DNA of 64,000 nucleotides from Eledone cirrhosa (Eukaryota): assembly GCA_964016885.1 (NCBI GenBank), contig OZ024740.1:83266001-83330000 (forward strand), given 5' to 3'. Numbering within the stretch: position 1 is the first letter of the stretch; every line of letters begins with the position of its first letter. The position numbers and the translations under genes were made by a program. The notes under the pieces were generated by a model. The model was not told where the DNA came from and did no database searches. It saw only the letters and a list, made by a program, of their open reading frames with translations. Positions 37,690-55,818 of this stretch are shown piece by piece.

Positions 37690-38810
37690 TTCTATCACCT
37701 CGTCAAGACCCACAAGAATAGTACTAAGACACAAATAAGACCCATAGTCTCTAGCATAGAAGGACCCCTATACAAAACTCCTGGCTCCTCTCCCAGGTCT
37801 TCAAGCCTCTACTCTCCACCTTTCCCGGGCATGTCAGTAGCTCCGACGAGGTCATATGTAGACTACACCAACTCCAGCCAGAACAACTTAAATTAAATAG
37901 ATACGCCTTTAGCCTCGACGTTGTCTCCCTCTACACTACAGTCCCCGATCATCCAGCTGTCGATTTATTGACGGACTGCGTGGTCGCAGAGAACATCCAC
38001 TACTACGGGCTCCATCCGACGGACATACACCAACTTTTGTCCTTCACAGTGGACAACACGTACTTCACCTTCTACCACCACACATACAGACAGACAACAG
38101 GATTACCCATGGCATCCAGCCTATCGGGCCTGCTGACCATAACCTATATGAACCAGCTAGAATGCCGAGCCCTCAACACTTGCCATTCCCATACCTTCTT
38201 CACCCGATATGTAGATCACACACTCATCCTTACATCATCTCGTGAGAAGGCGGATAAAATAAATACGACATTCTCCAGCATGGATGCCAGTATAAAGTTC
38301 ATCATGGAACACCCTGATGACCGCGGATCCCTATCCCTACCGGACTTCCAACTCAGGGTAACAGAGGAAGGCAACATCCACACCTGCTTCTATAAAAAAC
38401 CGCCGGCAGGGATCTGTTCGTACATTTCAGATCGGCCCTCCCAGCCAGTGCTAAGTTCGGATACATAAGGAACGAACTAACACGTATACGCAAGAAATAC
38501 ACCGACGCAAGAGACCGAGACACACACACACCACACATTTCCTGGAAGTACTCAAACTGAACGGATACCAGACGTCCACCGCGAACCGTGCCAGAAACAA
38601 CAGAGGACACCACACCCGAGGCACTAACACCTGCTTCTTGAAGCTCCCACACTTCAGTGACGAAACAACAACAGCCATCCGTAAAGCTATCAGACGAGAG
38701 GGACTAGATATCCAACTAGCCCACTCAGGACCTTCTCTACGCGGACAGCTATCCAAAAGCCACTCCCCAGACATGACAGCCACAGCAGGCTACCCAACTG
38801 CCCCATCAAC
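37690..38810 (+). mobile_element. Penelope-like element RT remnant, truncated at the start of GIY-YIG
   Basis: IRPIVSS, FSLDVVSLYT, YRQTTGLPMASSLSGLL, TRYVDH, IKFIMEHP, YKKP; frameshifts; followed by three 38-bp tandem units at ~38805-38915. Confidence 0.87.
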
Positions 38811-40751
38811 GACATATATACCACTACTAAATTTAATTATATATCAACGACATATATACCACTACTAAATTTAATTATATATCAACGGCATATATACCAC
38901 TACTAAATTTAAATTTATATTGTTCTATATTTTTTATTGGTGTAATAACACATCTACTGTTTATATTAACTATTTATTCATCGGCGTTAGAGGTTATAGT
39001 ATTTTTTCATGACTTAACAGTGTTATAGTTAATATTTTATGTACATAGAATATAATGGTATGCCTGAGAAATGATTAATGATATAGAGGTATACTTTCAT
39101 TCATGACAATATTACTCCATTCATAAAGTAATCCGGAATATATTTATGATTAGTTAATTCCATGAACAGTGTTTACAGTTATTTATCAATAATGCTGTGC
39201 AAAGGTTTCTGTATATAGGTTTGTATGGATCTTGTAATGTATGGTATATTGTATTGGATACAATCTGGAATAAATTTCATTTAGAATAAAGCCTCTTCTC
39301 TAAATATGATTAAAATGAAGGAAGCACAATACATTTCTTTTGTTTCGGTAAAGATTGTTTATAGTTATCTTTTAAAAATATTGTAATACTGGTTACATTA
39401 TGAAGTTTGTTTGTCCAATATCCCATGTGGATTAAAGATTCCGAAGAACTTGCATGGCCAAAGGAAACACAAATTGAAATGGAATTGCAATTACATAAAA
39501 CAGCATGTGATTTATTTATTTCGTATGTTTTTTTCAATCAAACTTGCGATATATTTTGCAAAGTAAATAGCAAACACCTACCGAGATTTCAAGATTCCGA
39601 TTCAACTGAAACATTCATAATTCCTTCGTTTCGTCGGAGAAATACGATAAATCACTGATTACTTCGTTTTTGGCAACACTAACCAACTTTTGCTCAGCTT
39701 GAAAAATCCTATTACAAAACCTTAGGTAATTGGAAGGTAAAATTGTTAAATGGTTCTAGTGAGGAAACTCCTATCACAAAACATTTCTATATTATGCAGA
39801 ATGGGTAACAGATGTTTTCCAAATTTGTATATTGTAGGGAGTTGTTTTCAACGCAAGATTTTGGTGAGATATATTTATTTGCTTCACTGGTGGACAAGTA
39901 ATGATAATATCATTCCACTTATATTTATTGGTTATGTGTACAATATTTCATTATTCATTTAGAATTACGGTCTTAATCAGCATGAAAATATTTATGTAAT
40001 TCGTACAAGTAATATAGATTTCATTCAATACATACTACCGGATTCATATATTCCCGAATGTTCTCCTTGAAATTGTGATGACAATTTCGTACACGGAGTT
40101 GCTCCGCCCAACTTGAAAATTATAAAAACAATAAGTGACTGTGTAATACTCAAGGAAACCAGGTACACTTTCAAATTGACGCATGGCTATAGACATTTTT
40201 AGACATATGTCGCAACGTTGTAATTGGTATTAACATACTGATGGCTTTGTGTAAACCTAAGTTATAGTTTGGGATAACCGAGAAACATTCACCATCAAAA
40301 TAGTTACGCGCACTCAAATAATTGCCTGAGATATACTTGTTTTCAAATGGCTAGATGGATATGATTATAGACTATATCACATCAGTTGCATATTATCCTG
40401 TTGTTAAATTCGTTGAAAGCTGGTTCTAATTTTGAGAAAAAAACTGGATCTTCCATACATAAATACAATATGTGTTCAGCATCCTTTCCACCGGATTATC
40501 GTAATTATACCATATAACAGACGACACTGAGATTGTTCTTAATAACGAGCTCCATGGGCCAATGCTATGACGACAACAAGGATGTACAAGTGATTATGTA
40601 TCTCATGCAAAACCTCATCCTGTCGCTCTACACATTTTCTGGGCTGAGTTAACTGTATAATCGCTTGCTATTATTTGTTGTCTGGGTAGGGCGGTGGATT
40701 GACAGTATCGGTAGATACACACGCACACACACCACCACACACACACACACA

Positions 40752-40875
<124 letters not shown>

Positions 40876-41540
40876 ACAGAGAAAAACGAGGAAATTTCGT
40901 TTACATATTCTTTCTACTGTACATACTCTGCCTGTGCATTATGCATTCAGTGCATTATTTGGTACCAACACCCACGAGTATTTCATCGTATTACCTACAC
41001 TATATATATATATGTGTGTCTTTGTGTATGTGTGTGTGGGGGGAGGGGTATTGTTAATTAATCCATTATAGAGTATATAATATGTGTGTTAGTAACATTG
41101 ATCATTTGACGTAGGGTAGTTCTACTTTTATGATACCACGTTGGAGTGTTTCCTACGGTGTGTGGTAAACATGATAGATAAGAAGGCAGTATCTTTGAAT
41201 TTTACGGTATTCTGTTTATCACGTAATCGCTGTTACTTGGATGGCATTTACTATTTAATATTCCAACATGATTTTATCAGAAGGGTCCTTACTTGCATCT
41301 TAACTATAATAAAGAAACGAGTGCGGCACTGCGTCCAGAATATATTTGTTTATGCCGTTTGTAAAATAAGTTGGATTACTTGGAATAAATAAAGAATGAA
41401 TATTACATAATGTATGTGCTAAATTTCGTAACTCATGATTAAATATAGTTAATTTTATTGCTTATTTAACGATTCACTTCTTTAAAGTGTTCAAATGTCA
41501 AAACTTCCGGTTAGCGCCCGTTATATTATAACACTTATAA

Positions 41541-41727
41541 GGGCGGTGGATTGGCGGTATTGGTAGAGGGTCGGAGGCCATGCTTTGACGTATAGAGTTA
41601 CGGCCCTTGCCATTCTGAGTTCAAATCCCGCCGAGGTTAACTTTGCCTTTCATCCTTACGGGGTCGATAAAATAAAGTACCAGTAATGCACTGGGTATCT
41701 GCTGGCCTTGTGCCTAACGTAGAAACA
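41541..41727 (+). mobile_element. Full-length tRNA-derived SINE (same family) with a 21-bp TSD
   Basis: GGCGGTGGATTGGC head, GAGTTCAAATCCC B-box, Meta-type core; perfect TSD GTTATATTATAACACTTATAA at 41520-41540 and 41728-41748. Confidence 0.93.
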
Positions 41728-42115
41728 GTTATATTATAACACTTATAAAAACATCGCATATATTTCCGTCGCTAATTTTCTCCTAATGCAGTTTATATAT
41801 AATATCGTCTTTTTTTCATGTATCATGGATTACTTGACTGACTGCAGAAGAGAGTGTAACACAGTCTCTCTTCAATTTCTGTGTGTATTGTCAATTTCGA
41901 TTTTATTTGACATATCATATCTACATGCATATATACTTGCGTATAATATCAATATGCACACTACACATTCTAGCAGAAAAACTACCCGAACGGTGGTTTT
42001 TTCCTCTATTAAATATCAATGATGTCCGTGCTGATCCGATATAGCCGCTGACGCGCTTAGGCACCGTTTCTTCACTGCTCATCTAGGCTAAATTCAAACG
42101 TGCTGCCTTCTTATA

Positions 42116-42157
<42 letters not shown>

Positions 42158-44207
42158 AATGAGTTATTTGGTTTGTTGAATATTCAACAAGTTAATTTAC
42201 AACAGAGTAGAAGCACTCAACGAGTTCTTCATCGCATTTAAATATCAGTCAGTAAGAACTCATTATCACTTTACAATCAATATTCTTTAGATTCTAGGCT
42301 ATAATTCTTAGCAATTCCACTGACATCACTATATAATAACACTTCTGCGCTGATCACTACCTGAGAATTGTAAGATTCGAAACATGAATTAATGTAACGA
42401 ATACCAATTTAACACATTGGACTGCGCTGCTGTTTCAACACAACCATTGTAAATACACAACAGAAGGCGACAATATGTTACCGACATACAAGAGATTTAC
42501 TTATCTAATATTCTAACTTTAATAAGGTGAATCCATTTATACGATCGCCCTAATTGCAAACTACTTCATATTGTTCCAATACTGATTTGTTATTACCAAA
42601 TATCCCGCACAGTAACCAACGTTTCTATTTCATCATTATACCACACAATAGAATTTTGTCCGCATGAATATGTCGTTTTTCAGCCGGAATTTCAACGTAT
42701 TGATCTCACCCGCTTCGTAAGCACTGGCCACTACACAGCATTTACTCCAAGGTATAAATATGCGAAGCAAATCATGTGCCTCAACATATATGAATATAAT
42801 GAGATAAACGACTAATATATGTGTATTGTGATTGTTGCAGTAGTGAGTCAATATATAAGACAGCAACCTTTCTTGGTAGTATAAAAGGGTAAATCTACAT
42901 CCACCATACTCCAACATATATGTGTAATATATAATCGAAATCGGTAGAAGCGTAAGATAGCAAATATATATTGATATTAAGCGGTCTAATCAATAATCTG
43001 CCAACTCAGTTCAATAAATAATGTGATATTTCGCTACTAGCATATTTGAGAGAAGCAATTACATAGAATGGACAATAATTGTTAACCTAATTTCAAATGC
43101 AACATTGTAGTTTTTTCAAGAATACGGTTAGCAAATATTTCGCTCAGCGAATTGATTTCAGTTTTATAAATATATATTAATATATAAAACATATATGAAA
43201 CAACATTTTTAACAAAACCATTTTTCAATTTCCACTCCTTCTACGGAATCATCTACATAAACAATGTTATTGACATAATTTCGATTCAATGGCGCGAGAA
43301 ATGATTTAAATAGCACGTTCCATCAATACGTGGGTAATGTAATAATATATACCTAAATATATATTAACTTCAACATTTATAGTTAATGACCATCTATCCT
43401 TTTCAGAATAGATGTTTTCTTTCAAAATGTATCTTTATGTTCCCCATCAATTTAAAATGTCTGATCTACTTTACTAAATAATAATTGTATATATAACGCA
43501 ATTTATTTAAGAATACTTTTACAAAGAGAAAGAGAATTGTATATGCATATATATATATATATATCTGTGTGTGTATCATGTACATACATACTTGCATACA
43601 TACATACATACATACATACAAACATACATACATGCATACATACATACATATATAAGAAGTAAACATATTGAAAAGTAATCAATGAATTGTATTTGATGGA
43701 AATAAATGAGACTGAAAATTTGCTTACGCAAGCATTTTGTTCAGTGCGTTAATATCGGTACTTTAGCAATGCAATTAATGTGCTACTTTGTAAATTCGCA
43801 GGAGCATGCATATTCCTCACACTGTGTGGTATACTTAAAAGTAAGTACGAAGTAAACAAATCGCCTGTTCTATATATTACCAACATCTGAGGCTTAAGAA
43901 AATGTATTTCGGGCCATGTCAAAAATGTTAGCCATGGATTCAGCATTTGGAATAAGTAATCAGAATTGCAACTGCAAAGCCGTTGTTAACTCAGGCCATG
44001 TGTGCAACAAGCATGGCCTTTTAACTTACATGTATAACTCACCCGACGGACTTCGAAAAGATTCTGTCAGTCCATCTTGGTAAAATATACTTGTAGAATA
44101 TGCCACACAGCCGTTTGGTGGCCGAGACTGGATTACTGCGAGGCAGTTTCACGTATCAACACACACACATACTGACATATACCATGCACACGCACACGCA
44201 CGCATAC

Positions 44208-44268
<61 letters not shown>

Positions 44269-44529
44269 CACATACATACATGCATATACTTGTTGTTATT
44301 GTCAGTATGTGTGGTGAAGGAGGAGGTGCCTGAAAGCTAGTTGTTCATGTGAATCATGTGATGTAGACATCACGATCTTTAACAAACAAGAAATACTTGG
44401 TTATGTGTTTATATGTTTCTTTTTGGAGTACAGAAGTGTGCATTTTATATGTGCGTCACATACGTCCACAAATATATCGCCACATCTTAGAAGCGTAAGA
44501 AGGAATATAGGATATGATTTTGTATAATA

Positions 44530-44653
<124 letters not shown>

Positions 44654-45334
44654 CACTATGGATGTTTTAAACAGTGATCGTATCACTGTCATATCAGTAG
44701 ACGGTATACAACGCCAGATACACGTTTCAGGATGTGTTATCCAACAGCAGTCGCTTTATTCATTCAGACCTGAAAGAAAAATAAACTATAATCTCCATAG
44801 GTTTTGTGTATAAAACATTTGGTGGAAAAATTCTCTTGCATGTAACTCCTTCTTAAGTTGGTCGGGATTAGATTGTAGTAACAATCAATAACATGATATT
44901 AAATACATGCCATTTATAAATATTCTAAACATATAAACACTTTGTAATCAGACATTATACTTCAATCTGACTAGAGTTTGGGTAATTATGCCTGGCTGAA
45001 AATTAAGTGTTAAATGTGTGTAAATGTCAAACAGACCTAATTTAATGTATCAACTTCTAATTTTCTTTCCCTCTTTAAATCATTCAACCTCAAAATCGTT
45101 CAGTCCTATTCTTTATGTTCCTACATTTTAGCCATTATTTTAGGGGAAGAGGTTGTTATTTAAATACGGCGACCAACTATGGAACTACTTACTATACTCT
45201 GTTTTAACAGCTGGAGCCTATTGAAAAAATGTGTTTATGCTGGTTTACATATCATATGTAGTGCCTAGGAAGTTGTCTGACTTACGCAAAGAGGAAAAAT
45301 AAGAGTTAGCTACAATAATTGTCTCTACAGCTGC

Positions 45335-45336
45335 TG

Positions 45337-45409
<73 letters not shown>

Positions 45410-45444
45410 CACTACCACTACCACTACTACTACTACTACTACCA

Positions 45445-45477
<33 letters not shown>

Positions 45478-45600
45478 GTCATATCAACACTCCTAATAAT
45501 ACTGCAAATGCTGTGAACTAGGGAGAAAGGAGGAACAGAAGAAGAAGAAGAAGAAGAAGAAGAAGAAGAAGAAGAAGAAGAAGAAGAAGAAGAAGAAGAA
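45335..45600. repeat. Compound microsatellite (CTA/CCA)n plus (GAA)n
   Basis: Direct reading; the window also has dozens of (TA)n and (CA)n tracts and a T/C-rich tract at ~21950-22070. Confidence 0.95.
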
Positions 45601-45716
45601 GGGGAGATGAAGTAGAAGGAGGCCGATTGAATTTGAAGGAAATGTAGATTCAAACGTCTTCACTTGTAATGATGTAATGAATGGTTTTTTGCCGGGTACT
45701 ATGTTAGTATTTATAT

Positions 45717-45832
<116 letters not shown>

Positions 45833-47704
45833 GTATGTATGTATGTAGATATAAATATATATATATATCTGTATGTATCTATGTATGTATGTATATATGT
45901 GTGTATATGTGCTTGTGTATATACATATTGCCTCGGAAAACGCATTCATATTAGTGTGATTACTATTTACCTTGTCCTTCATCATTAATAACATATTGTT
46001 GTTTTCTCAGTTCTGCAAATGATGGTTTTCCTTTATGTATTTATTTATATATTTATTTAGTTCTTTCTTTGATTTTCCATTAGCTAGAAACTCTCTATAT
46101 ATGTATGAATATGAATAATGATTTTGTATATTCTTTTAACTGTCAGTTATATTTATCTATTTTTTTAATTTTTATTGTTATCTGTTGGAGAATTGGATTG
46201 GAATATTTCATATATTTGTTGTTGTTGTTATACTCTTTTGTTTTGTAAATATTTCTTGCTGCGTATCCCGGGTGATATATTTGACATATCTTTTTCTGAT
46301 GTACTTCCTCTCTCACTATATCGAAATCTATAGTAATTGCTTTGTAAGCAAAATATCTGTCTTTGGCAGGGTCATATATATGTGATAGGATTGTCTTGAT
46401 CTATGCCATCAAGGTTATTGTATTGGTGGCTCAACTAGTAATGCTAGTATAGTAGCAGCCTTTGTAGTAGTGGTAGTAGTGATATGCATAGCAATAACAA
46501 AAACAGTAAAACCAACATTGTAGTTACTCATTTGCTAAGTAATTCCAGAGAACAAATTCTCGACATTATATTTTATTTTAATAATAGATTCGTTTCGTTT
46601 TATCTGCAATAGGTTTCTTCGGATTAATTCTTTCCGAGGTACAAGGCATCTTAAAATGTGGATTAGCATATGGAGTTGAGGCCATGCTTCCAAAAGTATT
46701 TCATGATTTTAATGAACTCCTCAAAACAATAATTTGAAATATCTGGGTTTAGCTTGTATCAGATTATGCGCGGTATTATATATTGCAAATATCGCGATTT
46801 TTATGGCACTGAGACAATTTAAAGTGAATTTAATAATGACTATTTCTCTTTATACTGAGAAAAAAAAGGACAAATTGTTAAGCGATACTTTTGTTCCCCA
46901 TTTTCAACATGGATTATGCCTGTTGTTGGATAAGTAATCAATGTCAACCATGCGAACTGTGAATCAGCACCATGTATTTTGGTGTTTGCACACAGAGAAA
47001 CGTTAATGATTATGAAAACTCACCGCTCTCATCTCATGCCATCTGTCAAATCTTATGTGGTTTATTACATGGCTAAAAAGCTCTGTAGTCTACATAGAGC
47101 ACTCTCTTTTCCTTTACCTTTTCCTACGGAAACACTTCTTATATATATATATATATATAAGTATGTATACGTACATACATATATGTATACAGACGTACAG
47201 TAGTATTTATATATATACATACATGCACACATATATATATATGTACGTATGGCTTACCGAACATTTATTATAATGTTCGGTTTGTTTGTAAACAAACACC
47301 CCGAATTAAGCCGTACAGTGTTTAGGCAACCATCGTCGCCCTTTTCTTCAACATTGACAAAGGAACGATGAACTAGTTTCAAGCTTATTAGCTATCGTTA
47401 GCATCGTATACCTACCTGTCAGATGATTGAACGTTTGAAAGTATGTATAAACATGTACAAAAACACATGAATAAACACACACTCAAACACACACACAAAC
47501 ACCCCCCCCCCCCCCCACACACATATATATATATATTTATATATATATATTGAAAAAGCAAAATAAGATGCTAACGTTACATAAATCGTTGAATCATTAT
47601 AATTGTTTCCACGGTTCTCCATGCGATCGAGAAGTCCTTCATGCATTTGATGTTGTTATGAGAACGGTATCGTCAGATGATATTCGTTTATCATATATAT
47701 ATAT

Positions 47705-47751
<47 letters not shown>

Positions 47752-48255
47752 TAATAAAAAGAACGATTTGTTATGTCTTCATTACGTTTATAGAGTATAG
47801 GCGCGCGTTTCGCAATTGATCAACTGAAGTGTTGATGCGTATCGATTTAGCCCTATGTGTTTTGCATGCCTATTTCAACCGATCAGCTCAACATTTCCTT
47901 CCTCTTTCCTTTCAACCACGCTGAATATAAATTAAGAATACATCCAATTTTTCGTTATTCGGAAAAAGTAAAGTACCTCTAATAATTTCAGCAGACGATA
48001 TTTATATATATATATTTTATTACAACACAGATATCTAACGTTACATTACATATTACTGCAAACGGGAACATGATACAATGTACACATTTAATTGCGCTCA
48101 GGATAGACTGATTATCTGAAGCGAGTGAATGTATTCCATAGGAAATCTGTGTCAACATTGATTGCTTAGTAAATAGGCTCTATACAAACCACACAGTTAT
48201 ATACATACATATATATATATGTATGTATAAATATATCGCCCTGGTATATATATAT

Positions 48256-48325
48256 AGCCCCTGGACCGGGCGATGCCTTATGTCCTTGGGCAAGACAATT
48301 TATTTCACGTTGCTCCTTCTACCTG
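48256..48325 (+). mobile_element. Fragment of a second SINE type (CORE-like)
   Basis: TGTCCTTGGGCAAGACAATTTATTTCACGTTGCTCC resembles the CORE-SINE motif. Confidence 0.5.
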
Positions 48326-48452
48326 GAGTTGCGACCGATAGATAGTACTAGCAACTGGAAAGACCAACGGAAACATTGTTTCCTCGGTCCGATTTGACGA
48401 AAGTCGATCGATCCTTAATATATATATATAATGTGTGTGTGTGTTGTGTGTG

Positions 48453-48519
<67 letters not shown>

Positions 48520-48940
48520 TAAAATAACAGCTTAAAGTTTAAGCAAAGAATCGCTGCTTCCACCCTTAACGGGATCTTCTGAAACTAACAAAGTCAATCT
48601 GTAAACGCATAACTGGATATTTCAAAAAACGTTGCAACCGGAGGAAGACAGGAAGACGATACTTTGGTTCGTGGAAACGTTCGCTGGCAAAGAACGAGAA
48701 AAAACGAATAATACGTCATTAATAGGAGCGGTGAAAAACAATTACGCGCAAAGACAGAACCACGTTTATCGTATAAAAGAGGTCGTAGACTAATTTTCTC
48801 TTAGGTGGTGCATAGCGACGCTCTCTGGCAATGAACGAAAAAACGAAGAAGTAAGTCATATGTGGAGCGTGGAGAGCAATAGCACGCAAAGACAAAACCA
48901 CGTAAAGGGTATAGCAGAAGTCGTAGACTAAAATACACAG

Positions 48941-48971
<31 letters not shown>

Positions 48972-49062
48972 TATATATATATATATATATATTGTGTCGT
49001 CAAGTATGAAATGTGTATAAGCGTGTAGCCAATTTCTATAGATTTCGTACTTAACGACACAA

Positions 49063-49140
<78 letters not shown>

Positions 49141-49320
49141 TATTCAGGACAGCCGTGGCTGAGCTTCAGCCGTTTCGACCGGTAAATCTGCACTGGTTCG
49201 CATCTAGATTTCGAAATGGCTGGTGCTCAAACGTCGGGGTACTGAACCTTTTTCTATTACCTACTCTAGTTCCCCAAGTATTGAGTACTCTGGTGGCTTA
49301 TGGTCCACCTGTGTTTTTAC

Positions 49321-49354
<34 letters not shown>

Positions 49355-49358
<4 letters not shown>

Positions 49359-49547
49359 TGACAAATACAGTGAAGGAGGCAGAGGATTTGATGCGGGAGG
49401 TTGAGACTATGTCGATGAGTGTGGGGCTGAGAATGAATGAGACTAAAACAAAATATCTGGTAGAGAATGTTGAGAAGCCAGAGGGGATCACTAATGTAGG
49501 CGGGAAGCCGCTGGAATTGGTTGAGGACTTCCTGTATTTGGGAGCAA

Positions 49548-49550
<3 letters not shown>
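49355..49550 (+). pseudogene. Internal LINE RT fragment (RTE/L2-like) bounded by (TA)n on both sides
   Basis: VGLRMNETKTKYL..LELVEDFLYLGARI corresponds to RT domains 6-7. Confidence 0.75.
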
Positions 49551-49593
<43 letters not shown>

Positions 49594-49603
49594 TACGAAT
49601 GAC

Positions 49604-49856
49604 GTGTAGTAAGGAACCAGAAGGACCATAACGCACCAGAGTACTCAATACTTAGGGTAGTAGAGTGGGTAATAGGAAAATGTTTGACCCCTATGGCAGA
49701 GCTCAATCTTTTTCTACGGCTATTTCTGGTCCAGAAATAGCCGTCAAAAGAGCTTGATCTCTGCCGTCGGGGTCAAATATTTTGCTATTAGCCACTCTAC
49801 TACCCTAAGTATTGAGTACTCTGGTGCGTTATGGTCCATCTGGTTCCTTACTACAC
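49604..49856. repeat. 253-bp near-perfect palindrome (fold-back/MITE-like); single arms at ~26618-26690 and ~49250-49322
   Basis: GTGTAGTAAGGAACCAGA..CTTAGGGTAGTAGAGTGG mirrors CCACTCTACTACCCTAAG..TCTGGTTCCTTACTACAC; centre ACGGCTATTTCTGGTCCAGAAATAGCCGT. Confidence 0.9.
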
Positions 49857-49867
49857 CTCCTTCCTTA

Positions 49868-49992
<125 letters not shown>

Positions 49993-50142
49993 AATCATAT
50001 ATATATATGATAAAAATTGATGGCCAAATGACTTAAGTATGGAGATATAAAAGACACAGAAGCGAACACCACCCAAACAGTGAGTGTGTTCTCTTATTAT
50101 CTCTGGCAATAGTATTACAACAATATGACCATCCCCAAGTAA

Positions 50143-50207
<65 letters not shown>

Positions 50208-50588
50208 TACATGTATCTACCTATATATATATGACCTTTTTATCAATTACCATTAAACACCATCGAGAATAGTAGTTTGGCACCATTCTTCAGTGCCTTC
50301 ACGCTACTTAACTAGTCGCCAGTGTCTAGCTTTAACCATGCAAATTTACTTGACATTTCCAATTTCCGATTAATCTTAAATAATATTGTGTCAATTAACT
50401 TTCTTTTATTGTTTGTATGCATATGTTATTGTGTGTATGCATACGTACCTCATGATAAAACTGTGACAATTTCATTTATTTCAGAATATGAAATGATACC
50501 GTTACAATCCGTCGCCTGAGTTATTACCGTTGCTGCTGCATCGTAAGTCAATCATTACTCTATTCTGTTTTGTTTTAACTATAAACCG

Positions 50589-50752
<164 letters not shown>

Positions 50753-52268
50753 ATGTGTGTGTGTGTCTGATGGAAGCTAAGATGCTTCAATAGGGGGTAT
50801 GCCGGTTGACCACTCTGTGCTCTTACAGAGCAGAGTATGTTAGGATAGAAAACGAAAAATCAGTGATCTATCTGACCTCAATTTATTGTGTGTTACAATT
50901 GTTTCGCCGGCGGACAGCTCGAGACGCGATCATTTTGTGAATCTGTCTGATTCTGGACCCGCAGGTTCGACGGACACATCTAATGATTTCGGAGCGTATT
51001 CTATATATATCTATATATCTATATATATTTGTGGGTATGTGTCTGTATATATTGCTATTGTTTAATATTTATTGAAGCTTGAGAATATCACAATTACATT
51101 CGTAAGAGTCAGCGAATGTCTACTCGTGGTATAAACGATCAGTTTTGTTTAGTTCTCTTTGAACTTGCATTTGACATTCTAATTCACCATGAATAGCAAA
51201 CATTAAAATAAATTTGTGCTAAAAGGAATAGGTAATTCTCAATTCAGTGCCAGTATGTCTGGAAATTCTTGTACTAGCATACTAATATTAAAAACGTTTA
51301 TTATATGAAACGTTAAATATTGGGGATAGTTACGGAACACTATATTGAACTAAGGATCGAATTTACTTGATTATATTATTAATATGATTATGATATTGTG
51401 CAATATACTTGTGTTTGATGTAGATGATTGTCGTAAATTGAAATGGCACATGCTATTTACTGGATGATACCATTATGTGTTCCGTTTAATGTTGATACCA
51501 TTAGTGTTTATTTGCTTCAGTGCGTTTTATCCAACTTCAGATGTTACTAGAAAACTAGTTCAAAATATATCTTCAATTTTAGTAGTGCAACGTGTGCTTT
51601 GTTGCATATGTAACAATTTCTGGCAGGTAAATGGCAGGTAAACCAGCCAGGTAAATGTTTTCTATCCATGAAAACTAACTGACTAATCTAACCATGGTGT
51701 TGTAACTAAAAATCGTTTATGAAAGAAATATTTCGAAGCAGATGTGACTTAATATTCATAATATCTAACCATAGGATAAAAGCGTTCGATGAAACATATG
51801 ATATCAACTCTGCCAGCTGTGTTCAGTGTTAGGCAACAATTAAAAATCATTATATTCAAAACAAACTTCAGGCTCACTTTTAGATTACATATGTGCATTC
51901 TCAATGTATAATATTCATTATATGTTAATATAATTAAAATGATGGGTACGTTTAATAATGAAAATAAGCATATAACAATTTATAATGACTAATTTGATTT
52001 CCATATGCAAATCGTTTCAATCCTACCCAAGATTGCCTTTTGTCTAAAAGTATACTATTAAAGAAGTTCAATAGACATTTGCAGCTCAGCTTAATATTTC
52101 GTTTATTAGATAAGTACACTATAATTCATACGGAAAGTAGAGTATGGTGAGTTAATGCAGTAAACTTTTATGCATTAACGCAGCTTATCATTGAAAGGGT
52201 TTCGTAGGTAAATGAATTATTTCGAAATAATACACATATATTAGTTTTTACTGGGGCGTGTTTGAGCC

Positions 52269-54300
<2,032 letters not shown>

Positions 54301-54324
54301 ATTTCATATAAAATAATCTCGCAA

Positions 54325-54355
<31 letters not shown>

Positions 54356-54473
54356 AGTGAGTCTAGAAAAGGTAAAAGAAAAGAAAAAATAATAAGTATA
54401 AAAGTAGGTAAACATACATGCACACACACGCACACGAACACACATATACATACACACATATATATATACATAC

Positions 54474-54586
<113 letters not shown>

Positions 54587-54711
54587 CACATACATATACA
54601 CGTACACACATATGTACATATACATACACATACACACACACACATATATACACATATCCATACATACCCACACACACAAACACACACCCACACACACATA
54701 TATATATATAA

Positions 54712-54812
<101 letters not shown>

Positions 54813-55178
54813 ATCATACACGTACACACACGCACACACACACACATACATACACGCACACATACGCACACACAAACATAGACACATGAACACACACCCA
54901 CACACGCACACACACAATTAATTATAAGAAAAAATAATAACAAAATAAAAAAACCATGGACGACCATATAGGCCGTCACATAAAAACAAAAATAAAAAAT
55001 ACACGATTTAAGAAAACTAAAATCAAATCCATTACAAAGTTGACAGCGATTCAGGAAAGGACACAAACAAATGAACAAACACACGAGGTAAGCAATACAC
55101 ACAACCACACATATATACATATACATACACACATACACACACACATATATACATACACAGACATACACATATACATAT

Positions 55179-55235
<57 letters not shown>

Positions 55236-55407
55236 TGTATGTGCGTAATACTCATTCCTTGATGTATTCATTGAACCTTGTTTAAATCTTAAATATATAT
55301 ATATATTTATTAGAATAACAGATTAAAGTTTAAGCAAAGAATCGCTGCTTTCACCCTTAACGCGATCTTCTGAAACTAACAAGTTCAATCTTCAAATTTA
55401 ATATTAT

Positions 55408-55481
<74 letters not shown>

Positions 55482-55818
55482 GAAAATACACAAATATTAT
55501 GTATATATAAAAATAAAAGGTGAAAGGGATGAATAAATAGTTGGGAATACGACAAATAATAAATAAATAAATAAATAGATAAAGGTATAAATGTTTATAG
55601 CTCCTTTAGAGCACTCAACAAGATCCTGGAGGAAATAATCAATGAAAATAAACATTAAATAGCTCTGTATGTAAATATGCATATACATACACATATATAT
55701 ACACACACACACAACCATACAAATACACACATATATACATATACATACACATATATACATACCATATAGATTATATTTTTGTTTTTAAAATCCACTGTCA
55801 ATAAATACACCAGGATCT

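Noticed and set aside
39300-40600. Possible decayed DNA-transposon coding region
   Set aside because: Only vague motif impressions; no continuous frame or termini that I can support
48684-48932. Two ~140-bp imperfect direct repeats; also short repeats at ~13965-14070 and ~63240-63450 as CRISPR-like arrays
   Set aside because: Only 2-3 degenerate units, no unique spacers, eukaryotic context; ordinary tandem duplications
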